From: an uncultured Barnesiella sp.
GTDB taxonomy: Bacteria; Bacteroidota; Bacteroidia; Bacteroidales; Barnesiellaceae
Direction of reading: 5' to 3'
Length of the DNA: 24,000 bases
Assembly: GCA_944320015.1 (NCBI GenBank)
Contig: CALUFO010000005.1
Span: forward strand, 1-24,000
Shown here: positions 7,706-15,861 of the stretch, one piece after another
How positions within the stretch are numbered: the first letter of the stretch is position 1
Layout: each line of letters starts with the position of its first letter
Program-made: the position numbers and the translations under genes
Notes under the pieces: generated by a model
Databases searched by the model: none
Told to the model about the DNA's origin: nothing
Seen by the model: the letters and a program-made list of their open reading frames with translations, nothing else

Positions 7706-8901
7706 CGGCGGCCTACCAATTCTTTAAGTCCGTCCATATCGAACGAGAGGGTGAAACGGAGGGTTTGGTCGAGCGGGCTGGTTTGAGCCGTGGCTACCAT
7801 GTAGGCGGCGTCGATTTTCAGCACGTTGAGCGAGAAGCCGGCTCCGAAGGCAAAGTATTTGCGGTTACCCTTGTATTTGTCTTCGTGGAAGTATCCGGCG
7901 CGGAGGAAGAATTGTTGGTTGTAGGAGTATTCGGCTCCGATGGAGAAATTGATCTCGCGCAACTCTTCTTTGAATCCGCCGGGAGCGTCGCTGAACGATT
8001 GGAATATACCGGTGATGGGCGAGGTGTTTTGCCATTTTTCCTTGGCCTCTTCATACTCGGCGTCGGTCTCGTAGTTGGCGACTTGCGGAGTCGAGGGAAC
8101 CAGCAACTTGTTGAGGTCGAGGTTGAGCGCCAGCGTGTTGTAGTCGGCCAGCGGGAAGAGGAACGAGGTACCTATGCGCAGGTTGGTGGGGAGGAAGGCG
8201 CTTTCGTTGCCGCCGTCGTAGGACACTTTTGTACCGATGTTGGAGATGTTGAAACCCAGCGACCACTGGCATTCATTGCGTCCTATGATCGGATAGGTGG
8301 TGTAGTATCCCGAGATGTCGGCGGCGAAGGCCGAGGCTCCCGAGGCGTCGGATACGCTCGACTCGTCGTAGTGGAATCCCAAGTCGGAATAGATGTAGCG
8401 GAAGACGACACCCATCGAGAATTTATCGGAGAGTTTGCGGGAGTATCCTACGTCGAACGCCATTTCGTAGGGGGTGATGCTGTTTTGCGCGTTGCCTTGG
8501 TTGTCGGTGAGGACGATTTCGCCGAGCGAGAAGTATCGTAGCGAGGCGCTAAGGGCTTGCAAGTCGCTGCTGCCGATTTTCCAGTATCCGGCCAAATAGG
8601 CGAGGTAGATGTCGTTGACCAGTTTGCGCAGCCACGGGGTGTAGGATAGCGACACTCCTGCTTGGCTGTAAGCGAAGGCATATTTGGAGGGGTTCCAAAA
8701 CTGTGAGTTTACGTCGGGGTCGGTAGCCACGCCCAAGTCGCCCATCGAGGCGCCGCGGGAGTCGGGGGTGATGCCCAGCGAGGTGATACCCGTGTTGATG
8801 GGGTTAAATTCGTTCGCCGCGTTTCCGTCGGCGGCATATGTCCCGGCGGGCAAAAGCAGCGACACGAGCATGACGGGTATGATATAAAAAAGTCGTTTCA
8901 T
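7702..8901 (-). CDS. porV: T9SS outer membrane protein PorV (LptO)
   Basis: AANEFNPINTGITSLGITPDSRGASMGDLGVATDPDVNSQFWNPSKYAF... beta-barrel protein, adjacent to porU; overlaps ispF by 4 nt. Confidence 0.93.
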   Translation of the reverse strand: MKRLFYIIPVMLVSLLLPAGTYAADGNAANEFNPINTGITSLGITPDSRGASMGDLGVATDPDVNSQFWNPSKYAFAYSQAGVSLSYTPWLRKLVNDIYLAYLAGYWKIGSSDLQALSASLRYFSLGEIVLTDNQGNAQNSITPYEMAFDVGYSRKLSDKFSMGVVFRYIYSDLGFHYDESSVSDASGASAFAADISGYYTTYPIIGRNECQWSLGFNISNIGTKVSYDGGNESAFLPTNLRIGTSFLFPLADYNTLALNLDLNKLLVPSTPQVANYETDAEYEEAKEKWQNTSPITGIFQSFSDAPGGFKEELREINFSIGAEYSYNQQFFLRAGYFHEDKYKGNRKYFAFGAGFSLNVLKIDAAYMVATAQTSPLDQTLRFTLSFDMDGLKELVGRR

Positions 8902-8954
8902 CGTTTTGAGTCCTTACAAATTACATGTATATAATAAACAGAGATTGCCCCCGA

Positions 8955-11900
8955 TTATTGCGTGATGACGACTATTTTTTTTGTGGGGGTGGCTATTGTC
9001 CCGGTCGATGTCTCGAAGTATCCCCGGCAATAATATTGCCCGGCGGGCACCCGCTTGCCGCTGGTGTCGCGGAGGTGCCAGATGACGGGGAAGGGGTTGC
9101 TGCCTGACTCGTACGTCCATACTTCTTGTCCCAGATTGTCGGTAATGGAGACGAGCGCCCGTTTCAAGTCGGCGATTTCGTTTCCGTCTTGGTCTTGGCA
9201 CGAGAGCGTGGCTTTCTCGGTTATGGGATTCTCGGCCACCGATAGTGTATAGGTATCGTCACCGCCGTTTATTCTAAACGAGATCGAGGACTCTGATGAG
9301 TTCCCCAATGAGTCGAATACTTTGAAGGTGAGCGTGTGCGGCCCGTCGGATAAATGGGGCAGCGGGTATATAAACTCGCCCCCGGGAATATCGCTGTCGG
9401 TCATGGGCGAGTAGTAGTGCAGGGTGTTTTCTCCGATGCTTCCGCCGTCGAGCCACAGGGTCATTTGCCGTCCCAAGCCATTGCCTGTCCATATCCCGGA
9501 GGGATCGGAGAATCGGCAGATAAAGGTCGCGGGATTGTGGTACAACTCGCCCTCGGCAAACGATTCGTCGTTTAGCCCGATAAATTCGATTTGCGGGCCT
9601 TGTGTCTCTTTTGCCGTTGTTTCGCTGTCTGTGCCAATCAGCAGTTGTTCGGTATATCCGTTGGCTTCCCGGCCGGTTTCGTCGTAGGCGTACAGGTTGA
9701 GCAAACCCGATTTCCCCGAGCGGGAGTTTTCGGCCGGCAATATGATGGTCGTTTTGAATAGCCCGTTTCGCACTGTCCCTTTGCCTGTGGACAACAGGTC
9801 GGGGCGGTATTTATAGGTCCAAGTCTGGTCGTCTTGGTTGCCGAGCGTCGTGAATGTTTTCTCCTCGTCGTAGAGCGAGTAGAATATTTCACCGTTGAAA
9901 TCTGAGAGCAATTTGTTTTGGTAGGAGCGTATTTCGCCCTCGATCGTATAGCTTCCGCCGGGAATCAATTCTACCGGGTCGCCGCTGCTATTCCCGTTTA
10001 TTTGGGTGACTTGTATTGTGTGTTCGGGGTAGGTCAGTTTCAACGCCGGGTCGCCGATGAGAATATAGTTGAGCTTGTTTTTGTCGATTTCGTTGTTGAA
10101 GTCGCGCTTGGCTAATCGGAGTATGTCGCCGACTCGCACGGGTTTACCGTCGGAGTCCCGGTCGAGCAGGCGTTTCATCAGCCGGCGGTTGATTTTGTCG
10201 TTCCCGTCGGTATATACGACACGGGTGGTGGTGATCAGTCCTATGGCTCCACCGGTAGGATTGAGGAATACCGACTCGCCGGACGAAAACTCGTTCTCGT
10301 CGTCGAACTGGGTGTAGTTGCAAGTAACTGTGATAAAGAGCGGTAGCCGGCTGTTGTCGAGGTTGTCCATTTCGACCCGTGAGAGGAGCCCTTCACCGGT
10401 GAGTCCCACTTCGGGGTCGTTGTGCCCGATATAGTTGAAGACGAGCATTCCATCTTCAAATTGTTTCATCAGTTCCCGGTTGGCGTCGTGGTTCTTTTTG
10501 GAGACGGGGTCTAAGTGGTAGGAGTCGATGAAGATTTTGTTTACCCTGAATTGCAACCTTGGGTTTGCGGTGTTTTTAAGCAGCAGAGTGTCGCTCCCCA
10601 TATCGGCCTGCTCGGTGTGAATCGCTTCGTCGCCGTCGTCGGCAGCTACGCAAATGCTGTTTTTCCACGGAGAAAAGTCGGTGTTGCCTACATATCGATA
10701 CATTTTATCGACCACCAATTGCGCCTCTTTGACCGACGTTACGGGGAACCGCCCGATGCCCAGACACACTTTGTCGACTTTTATTTCGGTGCCCGTGTTG
10801 TCTTCCAAGAAGCCAAAATAATCTTCCAGCACAAAGGACTCCCGCTCGTCGATGCTGGTTTTGGATTGGTAGGTCAGCAGCATGTTGCACTCGGGGGTGT
10901 GCAGTGACGTCATGGCCTTGCGGTTATCGTAGGAGCCGTCGCCGAACAGGAGCAGGTAGCGAGGCTGTGGATTCGAGCCGTTGGCCCGGTCGTAGAACAT
11001 CTTCATGAGCCTCCGGTAGGCTGTCGCGTCGGGAGTTCCCGAGGAAAATTCGTTGAATATTTTTTCTTGTTCGACCACAACGGCCGTGAGGCCCTCGGCT
11101 CGATGCAACTGCGCCATTCGTTCGGCTTGGTCTTGGAACGCCGCCGGGGTGATGATGGTGAGGTCGGCGATGTCCAAGGCGTGTAAGTTCTGGTTCTCGA
11201 TTTTCCGCACGAAAACGGGCGAGGGGAAATCCCGTTGGGTATCGAAAGCGATAAATTCGCGCAGCTGAGTGTCTTCGGGCGCAAACGAGCAAACCCCGTT
11301 TTCAAAGGAGGTGAGTATGTTTTTGGGGGCGTGAGGGGTGGTGACGTCCCATACCCGTGTAGACTCGGTGCATTGCCCTATTTGGTAATAGTTGCCGCTG
11401 GAGCGGTCGATGAACCGGAATGACACCTGCCCGTCGTATAGTTGCAGCTTGCGTGTGTAGTTGAGCCTTATATAGTCGAGATGGGCGCAAGAGGTGACAC
11501 CGGTGCTGGAATAGCGCAGGCCTATGGTCGAGGTTTCCGAGGCTTCTTCGGCCGTTTTGATAGGAGAGATTTGCCGGAGGAACTCGTGTGTGTCGTAATA
11601 TTTTGTAATCCGGTTGGAGGTGTTGACCGGCAGGTCGACACCGTTGTAAGAGATGTATATATACCCCTCGGCGTCGCTAATCTTCGCACCGAACGATACC
11701 CTTATTTTTATGGACTTGGGCAGTGCGCCGGGCAAATGAAATGTAAACTCTTGGCTGGGATCCGACAAGAAATCTTCTCCAAAGAAATTTTGCCCGGTAC
11801 GACCCACCGAAATCAACTCTTTCTCGTGAATCGTATAGTCGTTGAACGAAGATACCGCGGTCGTATTCTCTCCTGTGGGGAGGGGTGTCGAAACAGTGGG

Positions 11901-12362
11901 AAACGGGGTTTCGGCAGTCTCCTTATCGGTCAGGAAGTAGTAGGCGTGGGTCGAGTAGGGGTGGAGCCGATGAATAAATTCTTGGTTGTAGGGGTCGAGC
12001 TCCCATAGGGTCGTTCCTGTCGAATAGAAGTAGAGTTTGCCGTCTTGTCGCCACAGCGGTATTTGGGGCAAATCGTCGATATAATCGTCGTCGTTTGAGA
12101 AGAGTTCGTCGATGACGAGCCCGCCGTACCCGAAGAGCTTTACTTTCGAGGGGTCGGAGAATCCCCACGCTTTCAAAGAGTCGTCGGATATTTGGTAAAT
12201 CCCGGCGTCGGTAGTCGATATTTTTACCCAATTGCCTTCGGCCAAAACCGAACTTGCCGCATAGTCGCTGCTACTTCGCCCGTGTGCGGGGAGAAGCGTG
12301 ACTATGGCGCATATTATCGTGAGCAATATGGGCGTTTTTCGTATGGTGCGAGTCATTGGCAT
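8955..12362 (-). CDS. porU: T9SS sortase PorU, C25 (gingipain-family) peptidase
   Basis: ORF 8955-12383 opens at TTG; an ATG start near 12362/12356 gives a signal peptide. RYLLLFGDGSYDNR, FNYIGHNDPEVG and FITVTCNYTQFD motifs, directly upstream of porV. Confidence 0.9.
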   Translation of the reverse strand: MPMTRTIRKTPILLTIICAIVTLLPAHGRSSSDYAASSVLAEGNWVKISTTDAGIYQISDDSLKAWGFSDPSKVKLFGYGGLVIDELFSNDDDYIDDLPQIPLWRQDGKLYFYSTGTTLWELDPYNQEFIHRLHPYSTHAYYFLTDKETAETPFPTVSTPLPTGENTTAVSSFNDYTIHEKELISVGRTGQNFFGEDFLSDPSQEFTFHLPGALPKSIKIRVSFGAKISDAEGYIYISYNGVDLPVNTSNRITKYYDTHEFLRQISPIKTAEEASETSTIGLRYSSTGVTSCAHLDYIRLNYTRKLQLYDGQVSFRFIDRSSGNYYQIGQCTESTRVWDVTTPHAPKNILTSFENGVCSFAPEDTQLREFIAFDTQRDFPSPVFVRKIENQNLHALDIADLTIITPAAFQDQAERMAQLHRAEGLTAVVVEQEKIFNEFSSGTPDATAYRRLMKMFYDRANGSNPQPRYLLLFGDGSYDNRKAMTSLHTPECNMLLTYQSKTSIDERESFVLEDYFGFLEDNTGTEIKVDKVCLGIGRFPVTSVKEAQLVVDKMYRYVGNTDFSPWKNSICVAADDGDEAIHTEQADMGSDTLLLKNTANPRLQFRVNKIFIDSYHLDPVSKKNHDANRELMKQFEDGMLVFNYIGHNDPEVGLTGEGLLSRVEMDNLDNSRLPLFITVTCNYTQFDDENEFSSGESVFLNPTGGAIGLITTTRVVYTDGNDKINRRLMKRLLDRDSDGKPVRVGDILRLAKRDFNNEIDKNKLNYILIGDPALKLTYPEHTIQVTQINGNSSGDPVELIPGGSYTIEGEIRSYQNKLLSDFNGEIFYSLYDEEKTFTTLGNQDDQTWTYKYRPDLLSTGKGTVRNGLFKTTIILPAENSRSGKSGLLNLYAYDETGREANGYTEQLLIGTDSETTAKETQGPQIEFIGLNDESFAEGELYHNPATFICRFSDPSGIWTGNGLGRQMTLWLDGGSIGENTLHYYSPMTDSDIPGGEFIYPLPHLSDGPHTLTFKVFDSLGNSSESSISFRINGGDDTYTLSVAENPITEKATLSCQDQDGNEIADLKRALVSITDNLGQEVWTYESGSNPFPVIWHLRDTSGKRVPAGQYYCRGYFETSTGTIATPTKKIVVITQ

Positions 12363-12372
12363 GAATGGATTG

Positions 12373-12990
12373 CTATTTGACAAAGAAGTCGAGAACTTTG
12401 GTTTCCCCCAAATATCCCACGAGGTGGTCGCCTATTTTTACGGGGCCTACACCCGCCGGGGTTCCGGTGAAGATGATGTCTCCGATCTTCAAGGTATAGA
12501 ATTGGCTGACATAGGCGATAATCTCGTCGATGTGAAAAATCATGTCGTTGCTGTTCCCGCGCTGGACGGTGGTGCCGTTGATCGATAACGAGAAGTCTAA
12601 GTTGTCGGCTTTGCGGGGTTGATCGGGCAGCGGTAAGAACTGTCCGATAGGAGCCGAGTAGTCAAAACCCTTGGCGATGTCCCACGGGCTGCCCGAGGCG
12701 CGCGCCTCGGCCTGTTTGTCCCGGGCGGTGAAATCGATCCCTACGGTGACGGCGTCGTAGTAGCGGTGCGCAAATTTGGGGGCGATATTTTTCCCCAACC
12801 GCGAAATGTGAAATACCAGCTCGGTCTCGTATTCGATGCGGTCGGAGAACTGAGGCAGGAAGAACGGTTTCCCGTTTTTTAGCAGGGCAGTCTCGGGTTT
12901 CAGAAAGACAACCGGATAGGGCGGAATGTCTGTTCGATTCATTTCCGCGTTATGAGCATTGTAGTTCCAACCGACGGCGATTATTTTCAT
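12373..12990 (-). CDS. Fumarylacetoacetate hydrolase (FAH) family protein
   Basis: FAH-family core: KPETALLKNGKPFFLPQFSDRIEYETELVFHISRLGKNI...GFDYSAPIGQF...FYTLKIGDIIFTGTPAGVGPVKIGD. Confidence 0.93.
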   Translation of the reverse strand: MKIIAVGWNYNAHNAEMNRTDIPPYPVVFLKPETALLKNGKPFFLPQFSDRIEYETELVFHISRLGKNIAPKFAHRYYDAVTVGIDFTARDKQAEARASGSPWDIAKGFDYSAPIGQFLPLPDQPRKADNLDFSLSINGTTVQRGNSNDMIFHIDEIIAYVSQFYTLKIGDIIFTGTPAGVGPVKIGDHLVGYLGETKVLDFFVK

Positions 12991-12996
12991 GGCGTT

Positions 12997-13644
12997 TTAT
13001 TTGGCGTTGTTCAGCCGATTGAACATCACGGCCAGATGTGCGTAAATCGATGTGTTCTGTATGACGATGTGCTTGGGAACCCGAATACGATAGGGGGTGA
13101 AGTTCCATATCGCTTTGATTCCGCCGGCAATCATCTCTTCGGTGGCGCTTTGAGCCTTGTCGATGGGGACGGTGAGAATGCCTATCTGTACGCCCGACTC
13201 TTTTTGCTTTTGGGCAAATTGGGATAGGTGGTAGACCGGTATGTTGTTGACGAAAGTTCCCGCCAGCTCGGGTTTTATGTCGAATCCGGCGACGACTTCG
13301 AGACCATATTGCGACAGACCCGAGTCCTGCATAAGCGCGGCGCCCAAGTTGCCGACTCCGAAAATAAAGGCTTTGTGCATGGAGGTGAATCCGAGAAATT
13401 CTTCCAGCACGGCGATCAACGAGTCGATTTCGTAACCGACGCGTGTTTTCCCCGAGATATTGATAAACGAGAGGTCTTTGGCTATTTTCGACGAATCTAC
13501 GCCTATCTCTTTTGCTATCTGGGTGGAGGATACATATTCTTCGCCTTTTGTTTGTAGCAATTTGATATAAGCCAAATACCACGGTAGCCGGCGCAACGAC
13601 GGCTCTGGTAATTTTATTGTAGACTTCGAATCCGAACTAAACAT
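12997..13644 (-). CDS. rex: Redox-sensing transcriptional repressor Rex
   Basis: LPEPSLRRLPWYLAYIKLLQTKGEEYVSSTQIAKEIGVDSSKIAKDLSFINISGKTRVGYEI...FIFGVGNLGAALM...IKAIWNFTPYRI. The start was chosen at internal Met19 of the 233-aa ORF. Confidence 0.92.
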   Translation of the reverse strand: MFSSDSKSTIKLPEPSLRRLPWYLAYIKLLQTKGEEYVSSTQIAKEIGVDSSKIAKDLSFINISGKTRVGYEIDSLIAVLEEFLGFTSMHKAFIFGVGNLGAALMQDSGLSQYGLEVVAGFDIKPELAGTFVNNIPVYHLSQFAQKQKESGVQIGILTVPIDKAQSATEEMIAGGIKAIWNFTPYRIRVPKHIVIQNTSIYAHLAVMFNRLNNAK

Positions 13645-13665
13645 TTTTTTTGACTGTTTTTCAAC

Positions 13666-13812
13666 GACAAAGATAGTGAAAGGTAAGTGTAGAGACAAAC
13701 GGAAAATGAAGTTTTCACGTTTGTTTATGCCGAACCGCCTCTTATTTTCGTGAACAAAGGTAATGAAAGGAGGGCGTAGAGGCAGGTGGGGAACGAAGTT
13801 TTCACGTTTGTG
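13666..13812. repeat. Imperfect direct duplication of about 60 bp upstream of rex
   Basis: acaaagatagtgaaaggtaagtgtagagacaaacggaaaatgaagttttcacgtttgtt versus acaaaggtaatgaaaggagggcgtagaggcaggtggggaacgaagttttcacgtttgtg. Confidence 0.6.
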
Positions 13813-13860
13813 GTAACCTTTAAACTCTCCCTCTGTGGGTTACTAACGACAGGTGAAATA

Positions 13861-13927
13861 TTTAAACTCCTCCTCTGTGTTTTGCGGAGCAAAATATAGG
13901 GGAGGTGGTGCAGCCGGAGGGGTTGAA
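13861..13927 (+). repeat. Palindromic element E, tip TTTTGC-GGA-GCAAAA
   Basis: tttaaactcctcctctgtgttttgcggagcaaaatataggggaggtggtgcagccggaggggttgaa. Confidence 0.9.
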
Positions 13928-13961
13928 ACTCTGTGTTTACAGCAACTGGCAAGGGTATGCA

Positions 13962-14032
13962 TTTAAACTCCTCCTCTGTGTTTTGCGAAGCAAAATATAG
14001 AGGAGGTGCCCGTTAGGGCGGAGGGGTTTAAA
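13962..14032 (+). repeat. Palindromic element E, tip TTTTGC-GAA-GCAAAA; second hairpin GCCC-GTTA-GGGC
   Basis: tttaaactcctcctctgtgttttgcgaagcaaaatatagaggaggtgcccgttagggcggaggggtttaaa. Confidence 0.9.
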
Positions 14033-14065
14033 GTGCTTTATCACAGTTTTTTAGCCTCTTGGTTT

Positions 14066-14141
14066 TCAACCCCTCTCCTCGGGACGTGTGTCACCCTCGG
14101 TTTCTCCCCTATATGGTTGGCACCACACAGGGGAGAAGTGA
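14066..14141 (-). repeat. Palindromic element E, tip TGGT-GCCA-ACCA
   Basis: Reverse complement cacttctcccctgtgtggtgccaaccatataggggagaaaccgagggtgacacacgtcccgaggagaggggttgaaaa. Confidence 0.8.
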
Positions 14142-14221
14142 AGATAGTTTAAACTCCTCCGCCCCACTGATTTTCTACGGCCCAGAAATTTTTCTAAAAT
14201 AGAATGAAATAGACATAATTG

Positions 14222-14261
14222 TTTGCTAATTTGGAAACAAAGCAACTATTTTTGTAGTTGC
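14222..14261 (+). promoter_or_regulatory. Promoter with embedded operator for the XRE/HigA-like gene
   Basis: -33 TTTG (14222-14225), 21-nt spacer, -7 TATTTTTG (14247-14254, matches TAnnTTTG), overlapping the inverted repeat GCAACTA-TTTTTG-TAGTTGC (14242-14261). Confidence 0.6.
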
Positions 14262-14288
14262 AACTTTTAAAAATAAAAAGTAGCAGAT

Positions 14289-14621
14289 ATGGCAAAGATG
14301 AATTTCACACCAGCAGACAAATTGATAGATGATGTATGGGGGAAGGTGGGCACTCCCGAAAGAGATGCTATGGAAGCTCAACTCAAAGAAGATATACAAG
14401 CCTACTTTGTCGGTGAGGCGATTAAAAAAGCGCGTCTTAAACAAAACCTCACACAGGAGGAATTAGGCAAAAAGATAGGCGTGAAACGTTCTCAAATTTG
14501 CAAGTTGGAGAGTGGTAAATGTTCTATAACTCTTTCCACGATGAGTAGGGTATTTCAGGCTTTGGGAATTGCAACGGCTACACTCGATTTAGGAATAGGT
14601 GGAAAGGTCGCTTTGTGGTAA
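14289..14621 (+). CDS. XRE-family / HigA-like antitoxin transcriptional regulator
   Basis: IKKARLKQNLTQEELGKKIGVKRSQICKLESGKCSITLSTMSRVFQALG is a Cro/CI-type HTH at the C-terminal side, HigA2-like layout. Confidence 0.88.
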   Translation: MAKMNFTPADKLIDDVWGKVGTPERDAMEAQLKEDIQAYFVGEAIKKARLKQNLTQEELGKKIGVKRSQICKLESGKCSITLSTMSRVFQALGIATATLDLGIGGKVALW

Positions 14622-14642
14622 GCATATAATGTGGGAATTATT

Positions 14643-14676
14643 AAGGAGGAGGATACAAAACACCCTCCTCCTTTTT
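14643..14676 (+). terminator. Rho-independent terminator
   Basis: AAGGAGGAGG atacaaaacac CCTCCTCCTTTTT. Confidence 0.85.
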
Positions 14677-14697
14677 ATCGCTTTTATAAACGCTATT

Positions 14698-15192
14698 CTA
14701 TTGCATAGGTTTTAAATAATCCAAAAATTTTATACTGTTATCATTTGCTTTGCTTATGGACGGATTCTTTGTGACCATTGTTTCTTCGTCCAGTATAATA
14801 TTTATATTGTCACCTTTTTTGATTACTCCTAATGACGCTATGTATAGTCTTGCATTTGAAGATAAATCATAAAACGGAGATTCTGGAGGAACCGCTTTAA
14901 ATGAAACTTGAACCTTAGAGCATGATTCTTGAACTTGTATAGCTTTTGATCTTCCGCCGCCATATGGTATATCATCTATGTTTATTTGCCCGATGTTGAT
15001 TCCATTTTCGTCTAATTCAAATGCGACAACTTCATACATTGTACCATTCAAGTATTCGTCTAAACTTGTTTCATATTTTTCTGAATTGTTGATAATGGTA
15101 AATGTTGAAATAGACGGCTCATCATCTTTTGAGCAGCCTGCAAACATAAATAAAACAGCCAACAAAGGCAGCATAAATGGTATTTTCTTCAT
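14698..15192 (-). CDS. Hypothetical lipoprotein
   Basis: MKKIPFMLPLLAVLFMFAGCSKDDEPSI: signal peptide with lipobox (FAGC) and SKDDE after the Cys, typical of Bacteroidales. Confidence 0.8.
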   Translation of the reverse strand: MKKIPFMLPLLAVLFMFAGCSKDDEPSISTFTIINNSEKYETSLDEYLNGTMYEVVAFELDENGINIGQINIDDIPYGGGRSKAIQVQESCSKVQVSFKAVPPESPFYDLSSNARLYIASLGVIKKGDNINIILDEETMVTKNPSISKANDNSIKFLDYLKPMQ

Positions 15193-15231
15193 TTTACATT
15201 GATTTTATCGATTAAACATTCGGATTCAACA

Positions 15232-15585
15232 TTATTTTCTTATATAGACAACGCTCTCTCCTCCCTGCGAAATATGTAACTTGTTATTCTGTATCACATA
15301 ATTGACTGTGCTGCTCGTTGAAGTTCCACCCTGCTTCATGAGTGCCGTAATGGTAGTCTCGGTTGCATTCCATGTAAATGATATTCTCGAACTCTCCTCT
15401 ACCTCACCATAAAACTCCATCCATTGATCTCCTGTTTTATCAGCTCGAAACTCTATATTATAGACTTCGTACTCCGATTTGGTATCCTCTACTCACAGAC
15501 CAACCAACTGCTGTTCATAGTCATTGACAGCATCGTCATCAGAGCAGGAAACAATAAAAAGCATGGGCAACATCGCGGCCAGCAT
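15232..15585 (-). pseudogene. Lipoprotein gene with in-frame TGA, and probably a shifted 5' end
   Basis: Continuous reading frame MLAAMLPMLFIVSCSDDDAVNDYEQQLVGL*VEDTKSEYEVYNIEFRADKTGDQWMEFYGEVEESSRISFTWNATETTITALMKQGG...VVYIRK*; the TGA is at 15493-15495. Confidence 0.7.
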
Positions 15586-15861
15586 AAAATGATTTTTCTC
15601 ATAATTGCATTTTTAAATTGTGGTTATCTTTAATTACTTTAACTTAACGGCTGTAGAATCATAACAAATATAAAAAGTTCAATTCTGTTTGTCATAATTT
15701 TGTTTGAAATTTTAATATTATTTATGAAAGATATATCACTTTCCTTATTGTAAATCAAGGAATGGGAGTCCTGAGGATAGAACTGAAAGAGATGTAAAAC
15801 ACTGTATATGAGAGTGCTGTAAACTATTAGTCCGTGTGATGAGGAGGTTAAAAGCGACTTC

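Noticed and set aside
14226-14444. 71-aa - strand ORF overlapping the XRE gene start as a possible toxin
   Set aside because: It overlaps the promoter/operator and the coding start of the XRE gene antisense, and does not resemble HigB/RelE.
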